Positions 56,102 through 64,000 of a stretch of DNA of 64,000 bases are shown here, one piece after another. Each line of letters opens with the position of its first letter. Positions within the stretch are counted from its first letter, which is position 1. The stretch covers positions 69,843 to 133,842 of the forward strand of contig JBHLRS010000005.1 in assembly GCA_048882325.1 (NCBI GenBank), read 5' to 3'. The notes under the pieces were generated by a model. It had not been told where the DNA came from. It worked only from the letters and a program-made list of their open reading frames with translations, and did not search any database. This DNA is from Candidatus Thorarchaeota archaeon. Its GTDB lineage: Archaea > Asgardarchaeota > Thorarchaeia > Thorarchaeales > Thorarchaeaceae. The position numbers and the translations under genes were made by a program.

Positions 56102-59038
56102 CTATTCTTTCTTCATCTTCCGTATAACAACGAGGACTACGAGAAGAACTCCAACTACTCCAATTCCGGCAACAGCTAGAATCAGTCCCAAAGGATTCTC
56201 TCCCGTTGGTCCTGGAGTCGTAGTAGGTTCTGTTGTTGTTGTCCCAGGTGTTGTTGTGGGAGTTACGTCGTTCACTGTGACTAAGACAGTATCAGAAACG
56301 CTATTCCCTGCTTCATCATAGACAACACAAGTATAGTTGTATGTACCAACTGCCAAACCATCAAGACTAATAACGATGTGTTCTGATGTTGCATTCCAGT
56401 CACCAGAGTAGGTGCTGACTGAATCCACGAACACCTCATAGGTTGCTGGGCGGATATCGGTTGGATTCCAATCAATATTGTAGCCAGTCTCACCAACTGT
56501 GAATTCTACATCTGAAGGACTGTCAAGAACTGGATCAATGGTATCTACAACTGTGAAGTAGTGAGTCTTGGTCACTTGATGCCCTGCATAATCTCGAACT
56601 GTTACTATGACAAAGTGAGACCCAAGTGTTTCATCATCTAAGTTCCAGTTCTGTGAATATGGCGCAGTGTAATCGGTTATTGCTCCAGACCCATCAGCAT
56701 TGAATCTGACCCACTCAATTCCAGACCCAGGATCATCAACATCTGCGGTGATATTTAACAGACCAGATTGATCCGTGTTATTCGCAGGATTTGTGATGGT
56801 CAATGTTGGATCTACATCATCCCCTACCGTGTAAGTGTAGAAGAGATAACCATTATCTTCTATTTTCTCCACACCACAACCATCGGTAACTTGGATAAAG
56901 AATTCAACTTGGGTATTATAGACTTGAGCTGGGATAGTGGCATTGTACCAATCACCTTGATCCCACACACCAGGACTTACATCCGCTGAAGACCAACTAT
57001 CTGTGGAGTAAAGTAGATACACTGTAGATACTCCAGGTCGTGCATCGGTTGTCGATACCCGAACTAGTACATCCTCATAGTACATCGGTGATGCATCAAA
57101 GACAACAGAATCAACTACTGGGGGTTCAGTGTCAATAAATTGTATATCATCGAAGAGGCAAATCAATTTCAATCCGGGTGCTGTATAAGCGTAGAGTGAG
57201 ATACCTGAGATATGCCATGAGTCCGCGGATGTGGAAAAGCTACTCTCAAAATCATCGGTGATGTTTCTAGCAAGATTATTCCATGTACCAATCTGATTGA
57301 TGTTTTCAGCGAGTACATGCTTGATAGAGGTTGAATTTGTAACTGGAAACGAGGTTGATTTCCCTAACACATATCGAATATAGTAATATTGAGTAGTGTC
57401 GAAGAATTTAAACTGAATATAGGTTCCAGCAAGACCAGTCGTATCAATGTGGTCTAATCTCCACCAAAAATCGGTTGCCAGCTTGTTATCAAATTCCGCA
57501 TAGATGGAATCACGATAGATTCCGTCTTCTTGTCCCACTGTCGTTATATTACAGGCAGATGATCCACTGTGAGAATCTGGAGTGCTAGTCACCTCACCCG
57601 GGGTATAGTAGAGTCTAGACCATCCGAGAAATGGTGGATCAAACGTAGGTGTATTTTCAAATTCAAATGTTGGATCATTTGCGGGAGATGATAGTATATT
57701 GAAATTATCAATTAATAATTCAACAGTCGAATCAGGCTGAGCTTCATAGACATAGAAACTTAGTTGTGTGAGAGGCAGGTTACCAAACCCAAGCTGACTT
57801 ACAGCATCGTAGGGATCAAATTCAGAGGTCTGCCATGCATCTCTTGCTCCAAATCCTGGAATCTTGACATAGTAATTTGTTGTATCATTGGCAAGGTGGA
57901 TGGTGTCATCTCCAATACCAAAATAATAATGCACATAGTATGACGATGAATTTTGAAATGTTAATCTTAGATACGCATACTGTCCAGCTCCAGCGCCAAC
58001 TGTATCATTATATTTCCAGTCTGTTTGGATTGTTGTCATCCCGGGTACCAAAGCATAGTAATATGCTGTGGGGCTTAGATATCGGTAACACCTAGCCCAA
58101 CCGCTTCCTAGTGATACCTGTGGTGCTGTTATATTTACTGAATGACTATCTACGGTGCTATCGGGACTCTGCTCAACATAACCAAGTATCGATTGATAAG
58201 TAGACCAAGAACTTCCTGTACCGGTCTCAAAATCTCCATTACTAAGAAATCCTGTGAATGTGCTATTATAGAGGACTACATCATCAAAGACCATCCGCAC
58301 CATATCTGTTGCTCCAGCCGGTGAAGCTGCATAGAAATAGAGACTTGATACGTAGTCTGTACTCGTTAGTTGTCCCAACCCAAAAGCTGCAATGAAATCT
58401 TCAGTAATGTTTCTATCGAAGATATTCCATTGATTGATTGTGTCATTCCCAATTATATGAACGTGACGAGTATCATTCGTGTAGAGTGTGGTTCCAGTAC
58501 GTAGATGATAATAGAAGTAACGATAACCTAGAAGACCATTTGTAATAAGATTCAGGTATACCTCAGAACCTAATTGCAAATCTGGAACTGCAAGGGCATT
58601 CCAATTGAAACTCAAGGAAAGACCAGGTTCCAACAAGTCATTTGTTGTTGGGGGAATATTTCCAGTGGTAATATATGAACTTGCAGAAGCTCCAGGACCC
58701 CCTTGTCCTGCGACATACCCGGCATAGGTTCCATTTGCAACCACCTCAGTATAAGCACGATCACCAAACTGATAGGCACTTGTCTGTACCTGCCAATCCG
58801 TGGGAACAGCATCTATAGAGTTCCAATCTTCGAAGCTTGGATTACTTATGACATTTAACCGAAGTGGTTCCTGAGGAACTGGTTCGTCTGCCATCGCGAT
58901 TGCTTCTCGTGGTGATGATACATTGTCTGACATTGCCTCTTGTTTCAAAACAATCGGTTTGTCCATAGAGTAGAACATCATTCCGACAATAATGCAAGAC
59001 ATTACTAACACAATAGCGTGCTTCCTTTCCATCTTCAC
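56102..59038 (-). CDS. Large surface protein, paralogue B of 53059-55953
   Basis: Same layout (NPSFE, NGDFE, DPTFE; PMYY.DV; DD..PTLTI.NP.NNTDQ.GLL; YNYTCVVYDEAGN), Thr-rich linker, TM plus RKMKKE. Confidence 0.75.
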   Translation of the reverse strand: MKMERKHAIVLVMSCIIVGMMFYSMDKPIVLKQEAMSDNVSSPREAIAMADEPVPQEPLRLNVISNPSFEDWNSIDAVPTDWQVQTSAYQFGDRAYTEVVANGTYAGYVAGQGGPGASASSYITTGNIPPTTNDLLEPGLSLSFNWNALAVPDLQLGSEVYLNLITNGLLGYRYFYYHLRTGTTLYTNDTRHVHIIGNDTINQWNIFDRNITEDFIAAFGLGQLTSTDYVSSLYFYAASPAGATDMVRMVFDDVVLYNSTFTGFLSNGDFETGTGSSWSTYQSILGYVEQSPDSTVDSHSVNITAPQVSLGSGWARCYRYLSPTAYYYALVPGMTTIQTDWKYNDTVGAGAGQYAYLRLTFQNSSSYYVHYYFGIGDDTIHLANDTTNYYVKIPGFGARDAWQTSEFDPYDAVSQLGFGNLPLTQLSFYVYEAQPDSTVELLIDNFNILSSPANDPTFEFENTPTFDPPFLGWSRLYYTPGEVTSTPDSHSGSSACNITTVGQEDGIYRDSIYAEFDNKLATDFWWRLDHIDTTGLAGTYIQFKFFDTTQYYYIRYVLGKSTSFPVTNSTSIKHVLAENINQIGTWNNLARNITDDFESSFSTSADSWHISGISLYAYTAPGLKLICLFDDIQFIDTEPPVVDSVVFDASPMYYEDVLVRVSTTDARPGVSTVYLLYSTDSWSSADVSPGVWDQGDWYNATIPAQVYNTQVEFFIQVTDGCGVEKIEDNGYLFYTYTVGDDVDPTLTITNPANNTDQSGLLNITADVDDPGSGIEWVRFNADGSGAITDYTAPYSQNWNLDDETLGSHFVIVTVRDYAGHQVTKTHYFTVVDTIDPVLDSPSDVEFTVGETGYNIDWNPTDIRPATYEVFVDSVSTYSGDWNATSEHIVISLDGLAVGTYNYTCVVYDEAGNSVSDTVLVTVNDVTPTTTPGTTTTEPTTTPGPTGENPLGLILAVAGIGVVGVLLVVLVVIRKMKKE

Positions 59039-59099
59039 AAACTCCTCATGTGTGAGTTATGACCAAAAACATTGTAGCAGAATATAAGCAATGTCCGTC

Positions 59100-59114
59100 T
59101 GAAGCTCAGCTTCA
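59100..59114. promoter_or_regulatory. Perfect 7-1-7 palindrome upstream of the surface-protein pair
   Basis: TGAAGCT-c-AGCTTCA, 62-76 bp upstream of the GTG at 59038. Confidence 0.35.
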
Positions 59115-59147
59115 AGTACGAGAAGGAGTAGAAAAGCGAAGAGAAAG

Positions 59148-59171
59148 GAGAGGTCGCGAAAGTAACCTCTC
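59148..59171 (-). terminator. Hairpin downstream of second DUF362 gene
   Basis: GAGAGGT...ACCTCTC stem followed on the minus strand by a pyrimidine-rich tract. Confidence 0.4.
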
Positions 59172-59210
59172 TCAAGTTATTTCCTCTTCATTAATATCAC
59201 AATTATTCAT

Positions 59211-60218
59211 TCATAATTCTCGAAGTTCTGTATTATGTCGAGCGGTTAGACCTGTTTCCCAAGTTTCGATTACAGTCTCTAATGTTGTCCCAATCATCTG
59301 AATCTTATCAGGATTCGATTCTCCAATTGCTCTATCCATGGCATGTTTCAGATATGATATCTTAGAAGCATCTAATCCTGCGATTTGCGTCGCTATGCAA
59401 TCCAGAGCTAGAGGGTCTTTACTAGCAATGATAGTGCTGAGGTCTATAGGAACCATTCCTTTTGTATCGGACATATTGACGTCATCACTTACAATAACAG
59501 CATCAATAATGTTGATAGCTGGTTTAATCACTGTAGAAATATCAACCAACCCTTGGGCAAGATTTGCGTGAATTCGCTTTTTTTCACCTCGTGGGCTCCA
59601 CCACTGTTTATACGAAGAGTGGAAATACTTGCTTCCCTGAGTCAGGAACTCGCGGGACATTCGAACTGAGAATCCTGAAGGTTTTGTGTCTGTGTATTCG
59701 CCTTTACCGGGTAGGGCACCCAAAAGATTCTTGATTGCCAAACTGGCCCATTCGCCGCGCCCTCGGAGTTTTCGATATAACTTTAGCTTTGGTACATTAA
59801 TCAACACGTCGCAATCAAGAATTGAATTTGGAACATTGAGCTCCTGCACTAGTAACCCTTCTGGAACTGAGATGGTTGTAGTAGGGCATTCATTCAGATC
59901 TACCAAGTTAACGCCATATCTTTCCGCCAGCTCGATATAGCCACTAATTCGAAAAGCTAGGTTTGTATCAATCCCTCCAGCTCCCTCAGCAATTGTTAGC
60001 TCCATAGGTCCCACTTTCATACATAATTCGATTATAGCTTCAATAATTGGTGGATCAGTTGTGAATCCTGTATAAGGAGGCAGGCCAAAAACAAGGTTGG
60101 GCTTAATCACTACTTTATTTCCTGGATGTACGAAACTCTCTATTCCACCAAGTAGTTGAACTGATTCTTCAACTGCAACTCTTATCCTGTTGTTCTGAAC
60201 GATAGACACAACTGTCAC
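59211..60218 (-). CDS. DUF362-family protein
   Basis: VIKPNL, TTDP, IAEG, INVPKLK, AIKNLLG, INIIDA, DPLALD. Confidence 0.8.
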   Translation of the reverse strand: MTVVSIVQNNRIRVAVEESVQLLGGIESFVHPGNKVVIKPNLVFGLPPYTGFTTDPPIIEAIIELCMKVGPMELTIAEGAGGIDTNLAFRISGYIELAERYGVNLVDLNECPTTTISVPEGLLVQELNVPNSILDCDVLINVPKLKLYRKLRGRGEWASLAIKNLLGALPGKGEYTDTKPSGFSVRMSREFLTQGSKYFHSSYKQWWSPRGEKKRIHANLAQGLVDISTVIKPAINIIDAVIVSDDVNMSDTKGMVPIDLSTIIASKDPLALDCIATQIAGLDASKISYLKHAMDRAIGESNPDKIQMIGTTLETVIETWETGLTARHNTELREL

Positions 60219-60342
60219 TATTATACAACTCCAATACTCAGGATTGCAGGGTTAATCCAAGACTCTCTTGATGCGAGGTTATTCCTGATGTAGCTGTTTG
60301 CAATAGATGTGGATACAACGATTTCCTCAAAGCTATAAAGGT

Positions 60343-60378
60343 GAGGGAGGTATTTGAATGAAATCCATAACCTCCCTC
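60343..60378 (-). terminator. 9-bp inverted repeat downstream of secreted-protein gene
   Basis: GAGGGAGGT-18 nt-ACCTCCCTC about 19 bp past the stop at 60397. Confidence 0.4.
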
Positions 60379-60396
60379 TACTCGGAAAGAATTAGT

Positions 60397-60900
60397 TCAG
60401 GTGATTAAAACCGGACCTATCGCAACACCACTAGCAAAGATCTCTGTCCACGTTATCTCGCCATCCATGTGCACTTTGTGCCCGACCAAATCAATGTATA
60501 TGCCTCCTGCATCTGTCACCTCACCATTCATCCGGAACCGCCAGTTGGAATATCCAGTGTTTCCTTTGTCGATCCCAGATATCCATCCATCATCTGTGGT
60601 AATCAACCAACGTTCAGTGAAGAAATGCACTTGCCAGGGGAATCCTGGGGGAGAGCCTAGGTCTTTAGCAGGGATGGGACCCGTAGCCCAGAATGTCATA
60701 GTTCCATCAATGTCTCCAGTTATGACCCCTTCCCATATAGGTTTAGATGGGTCATTGAAGACATCTGAATTAAATGACACATTCATTTCGCTTTGATATT
60801 GTGCTGCATGAGCATTGGGCACTGAAGCTACTAAGAAAATCAGTGCTACTAGAATAACACCAAATTGCCTAACCAAACTCACCATACTCAGTTTACTCAC
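60397..60900 (-). CDS. Small secreted all-beta hypothetical protein
   Basis: Signal peptide ending AHA-A; Gly/Trp-rich beta strands; GTG after GGAG. Confidence 0.7.
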   Translation of the reverse strand: MSKLSMVSLVRQFGVILVALIFLVASVPNAHAAQYQSEMNVSFNSDVFNDPSKPIWEGVITGDIDGTMTFWATGPIPAKDLGSPPGFPWQVHFFTERWLITTDDGWISGIDKGNTGYSNWRFRMNGEVTDAGGIYIDLVGHKVHMDGEITWTEIFASGVAIGPVLIT

Positions 60901-61197
60901 CTCCCAATCAGTCTATTATTGCTGATGTTCGTGGTTATACAACACACCTAGTGCATTGCAACTTATTGTGAGTCCACATAGAATATCAATTAGTGGGAGG
61001 GATCTGACAACAAATCTTGCAGAAAATGTGCGTTGTGAACACAAATAAGATACATCATCTGCAACTTATTTAACTAAAAGTACGTTTTATTAACAACTCG
61101 TTGCGTATTGTTATAATAGCTGTTGGGATAGAAATGGTTCATAAAATCTCCGAAAGCCAGATTAACAAGAATCATTTCTCAAATTGGCAGAAGTGTA

Positions 61198-62151
61198 GTG
61201 AATAGATTGGATCCTCTGGACTGGGCATTGATTTGTGAATTATGCGGCAATGCTAGGATGCCTTACAAAACACTCGCAAGAAAATTCAATATTTCAACAA
61301 ACACTGTCAAGAATCGTATCAATAGACTTCGCGAAAAAGGAGTAATTGAGAAATTTGGTATTTGCGTGAGCCTTGAAATCCTTGGTGCTGAAATGGTGTC
61401 GGGCTTAATCACTACCGATGGATCAGAGGATGTGATAGAGCTTATGAAAATGATTGCCGACCAACCCATGATCTGTGATATCTGTCGCAACGCGGATAGA
61501 CGCTACGAGTACTGGGCTATGGTGAAAGGAGCGAGTGAAACACTAGGATTGAAAAACTTTCTAACAAGTCTTGACTGCACGACTGATGTAAACATGCAAC
61601 CCGTTCAAACCTTTTATCCAAACAAACCACTCACTTATGTGGGAAACACAAGAGGGAAAAAGGTCACTTTCTCACGAGAGCAGCTACAGGTGCTCAGATG
61701 TTTGACCATTGATTCTCGGCTCTCCATCTCTCAGATTGCTGAGAAGACAGATTTCACCCCCAGGCGAGTGCGAAGAATCCTTCATGACCTACAGGAAGGT
61801 GGTGGCATACACACTTATGCTCTCTACAAACCATTTGAATTAGGTGATCTGGAGTATAGGTTGAGGATTTTCTACAACGATGATCTAGTAACTGGAAGGG
61901 AAGTTGTTATGGCGTTGTACGAGAAGCATCCAGAAGTATTCTTTTGGTCAACCATTACAACTAATGAACCAATCGTCGATGTGAGTCTTATCCTTGACCG
62001 TCCAGGCAAAGGTCCACCAATCGCTGCCGAGATTAAGGCAGCTCCTTATATCAAATCAGTGGAGGACTTTGTGACTTATCCTCGGGTTGTGTTTGGTACA
62101 AACCGGCTCAGTGTTCATTTGCGGGACTTGTTAGAAGAGGCTGGTCTTTAA
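61198..62151 (+). CDS. Lrp/AsnC-family regulator with two tandem wHTH modules
   Basis: LDPLD..LI.EL..NARMPY..LA......TVKNRI..L and a second unit Q..VLRCL..DSR.SI.QIAE......RVRRIL. Confidence 0.85.
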   Translation: MNRLDPLDWALICELCGNARMPYKTLARKFNISTNTVKNRINRLREKGVIEKFGICVSLEILGAEMVSGLITTDGSEDVIELMKMIADQPMICDICRNADRRYEYWAMVKGASETLGLKNFLTSLDCTTDVNMQPVQTFYPNKPLTYVGNTRGKKVTFSREQLQVLRCLTIDSRLSISQIAEKTDFTPRRVRRILHDLQEGGGIHTYALYKPFELGDLEYRLRIFYNDDLVTGREVVMALYEKHPEVFFWSTITTNEPIVDVSLILDRPGKGPPIAAEIKAAPYIKSVEDFVTYPRVVFGTNRLSVHLRDLLEEAGL

Positions 62152-62258
62152 CCTACATCATTCAGAATTTATATCAAAGGCATCAATCGGACATTGTGAT
62201 TTTCATCTACTTTTAGCCCGATTCTATTGTCATCTCTTCATTATTTTTTGAGTAGTGT

Positions 62259-64000
62259 CTATCTAATCTCAATCTGGACTGTGAACTGTTGCCCATCATC
62301 CAGTGTTATCCGCAGAACATAGATACCAGCAGCCAAGTGCATAGTGTTGAAATTGAAAACATACTGCTCCTTCTTCTCGTCATATCTGAACACGTTAGAA
62401 GTGTCCACGGGTGATGTTGAACCAGCAGGCATGAAGTCGCCCACAACACCATCAATCACCATTGCAAGTTCAAGAGTAGCATGAGCTGTTCCATCGGGAT
62501 TTCCAGTCTCGTCGAAGAGCTGGAACTTTACAGGAATTGACATGTTTTGAAAGAACCAACTGCTTCCGTCTGGTTTGATGGGGCGTAGAAATCCTCCAAA
62601 GTCGTATTGTGCAACAGCGGAAACCTCCACGCCCTCAGGGGTCATCTCAATTTCCATTTCCACTAGTTTGGTTTGACCGGTTGTGAGCAGAGCTTCTTCG
62701 ATCTCTCGTTCGAAGAGGACCTCGCCACCAATCCCACTGACTGAATCACCATAGCTCATAAACCACTCCATGGAGTAGATAGAGTCATCCAGAGATACTA
62801 TCTCTAAGGAGAAGACTTCCTGAGGATATGGGTTTAGAGGGACTGGGATAACAATCATGATCAACATATTCGTTGTGCCATCAGGTTGGAGCTCCTCGAA
62901 ATACCACGCATTCATTCCCAGCTCGTTCGTGGTGCTGTTGATTACGTGACCGAGTGGATCTGTGACTTGAATCTCCACTTGGAACCAGCTGCCTCGCCAG
63001 ATCAGAAAACCAACAGACGACCACCAGTCGTCGCCCACTGGTAGCCCTCCATGTCCCATTGGAATAGATGGGTCGACGAGTGGATATTGGTCTACTCCCT
63101 CATGTGGTAAAGATGTGTCTCCCACACCATCACCATCTGCGTCACCGCCCCAGTAGTTGCTCCAGTAGTTTCCCAATCCAAGGTCGGAGTTCCGCCATTC
63201 ACTTGAAGGACTCTGGTCCTGTTTCTGGATGCTATTGCTGATGAGGTGGTTGAGGTAGAAACTATTATGGCTAGAGAAGAAACCGACGAAGATGCCTCTG
63301 TTATTCCCTGTAATAATGCAATTGTGTACAACCACATTAGAGGCCCAAGCGAGCGAAATCCCGATGTTATTGTAAGCCACATAATTTAATGAGATATCGA
63401 TGTTCGAGCTGATTTCTATATCGATACCTGTTTCAAAGTCCCTAATGATGTAATTCAACACAGAAACTTCTTCACAGCCATGAACAAGGATGCCTGAGCT
63501 CGCTTCTGTGCCGCCAAGAATCTTCACTCCACCATCGCCATCCACCACTACCTGGAAACAGTCGGTCAGGATGATACCATTTGCACATCCTTGGATTGAT
63601 GTATGGTGGATTTCACCATACCAGACGTTCTCCAACGCAATCCCAGCATACTGTCCATTCAATCCGTTTAGCTCACAATCACGGATTACAAAATAGACTC
63701 GCGTATTCCGAATACGAATCAAATCCGTTGTAGCAGCAGATAATACGAGGTTTTCAATGATGAAGGGATCACCCTCAGAACCACTACCTTCAAACTCAAA
63801 GGCCTCAAAGTCAGCATCTTCATTGATATTAATTGGTCCCTTAGCCAGAGGATCAGTTAGCAAATCATAGACTTCTTTACCATCACTCCACCCATCCTTG
63901 TCCGTGTCAGGACTCAAGGGATTCGTTCCGTAAAGGACCTCCCAGCCATCTTTCAGCATATCATCATCCGTGTCAGGATTCAAGGGATCCGTCCCATAGG
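62259..64000 (-). CDS. Partial extracellular protein: Ca-binding DTDxD repeats, NosD/CASH beta-helix, C-terminal PxKF domain
   Basis: Frame open to the window edge ([13 protein letters not shown]...[14 protein letters not shown]), [15 protein letters not shown] beta-helix repeats, GNYWSNY, FGGFLRP...SIPVKFQL. Confidence 0.75.
   Translation of the reverse strand, partial: YGTDPLNPDTDDDMLKDGWEVLYGTNPLSPDTDKDGWSDGKEVYDLLTDPLAKGPININEDADFEAFEFEGSGSEGDPFIIENLVLSAATTDLIRIRNTRVYFVIRDCELNGLNGQYAGIALENVWYGEIHHTSIQGCANGIILTDCFQVVVDGDGGVKILGGTEASSGILVHGCEEVSVLNYIIRDFETGIDIEISSNIDISLNYVAYNNIGISLAWASNVVVHNCIITGNNRGIFVGFFSSHNSFYLNHLISNSIQKQDQSPSSEWRNSDLGLGNYWSNYWGGDADGDGVGDTSLPHEGVDQYPLVDPSIPMGHGGLPVGDDWWSSVGFLIWRGSWFQVEIQVTDPLGHVINSTTNELGMNAWYFEELQPDGTTNMLIMIVIPVPLNPYPQEVFSLEIVSLDDSIYSMEWFMSYGDSVSGIGGEVLFEREIEEALLTTGQTKLVEMEIEMTPEGVEVSAVAQYDFGGFLRPIKPDGSSWFFQNMSIPVKFQLFDETGNPDGTAHATLELAMVIDGVVGDFMPAGSTSPVDTSNVFRYDEKKEQYVFNFNTMHLAAGIYVLRITLDDGQQFTVQIEIR

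Noticed and set aside
264-63696. Numerous 60-170 aa ORFs antisense to or nested in long genes (e.g. 2190-2636, 7581-8096, 47562-48023, 60401-60796)
   Set aside because: Shadow ORFs of well-supported genes with no motifs of their own.
63850-64000. Repeated nucleotide units (TCCGTGTCAGGA..CAAGGGAT) as CRISPR or tandem DNA repeat
   Set aside because: They encode the in-frame DPLxPDTD protein repeats.

Overview
Gene-dense archaeal window with no rRNA, tRNA, CRISPR array, integrase or transposase that I can see. Gene content suggests an Asgard archaeon, most likely Thorarchaeota (inference, not a taxonomic result): tandem-wHTH Lrp regulator, LRR protein, many C-terminally TM-anchored surface proteins with Thr-rich linkers, stand-alone MtrH-like enzyme and PAS-rich kinase. 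Main blocks: (1) 0.1-11 kb, a DNA-damage/genotoxin-defence cluster with an asymmetric double-length UvrA coupled to an alpha/alpha-barrel protein, a DinB-family protein, a GNAT-SSB(OB) fusion, a YcaQ/AlkZ-family glycosylase and an AlkD-like glycosylase. (2) 11-28 kb, mixed accessory genes including two frameshifted pseudogenes, an ABC exporter with a C39-like peptidase, DUF3160 opposite a membrane-tethered regulator, an Fpg/Nei homologue with altered catalytic residues, oligopeptidase B, MtrH-like, arylsulfotransferase-like and a polyprenol kinase. (3) 28-42.6 kb, a divergent two-armed acyl-CoA cluster with no ACP gene: 2 non-canonical KS III/FabH-like enzymes, 2 CoA ligases, 2 alpha/beta hydrolases, MaoC, tandem SRPBCC and a complete LIV-type importer, followed by a REC-GAF-PAS / GbsR / 4xPAS-kinase signalling trio. 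(4) 48.8-51 kb, an ICMT-family gene split by a 1,500-bp insertion that carries only glycerol dehydrogenase and is bounded by a 21-bp direct repeat. (5) 53-64 kb, tandem paralogous large surface proteins and a partial beta-helix/PxKF protein. All functional calls come from reading motifs by eye; no searches were run.
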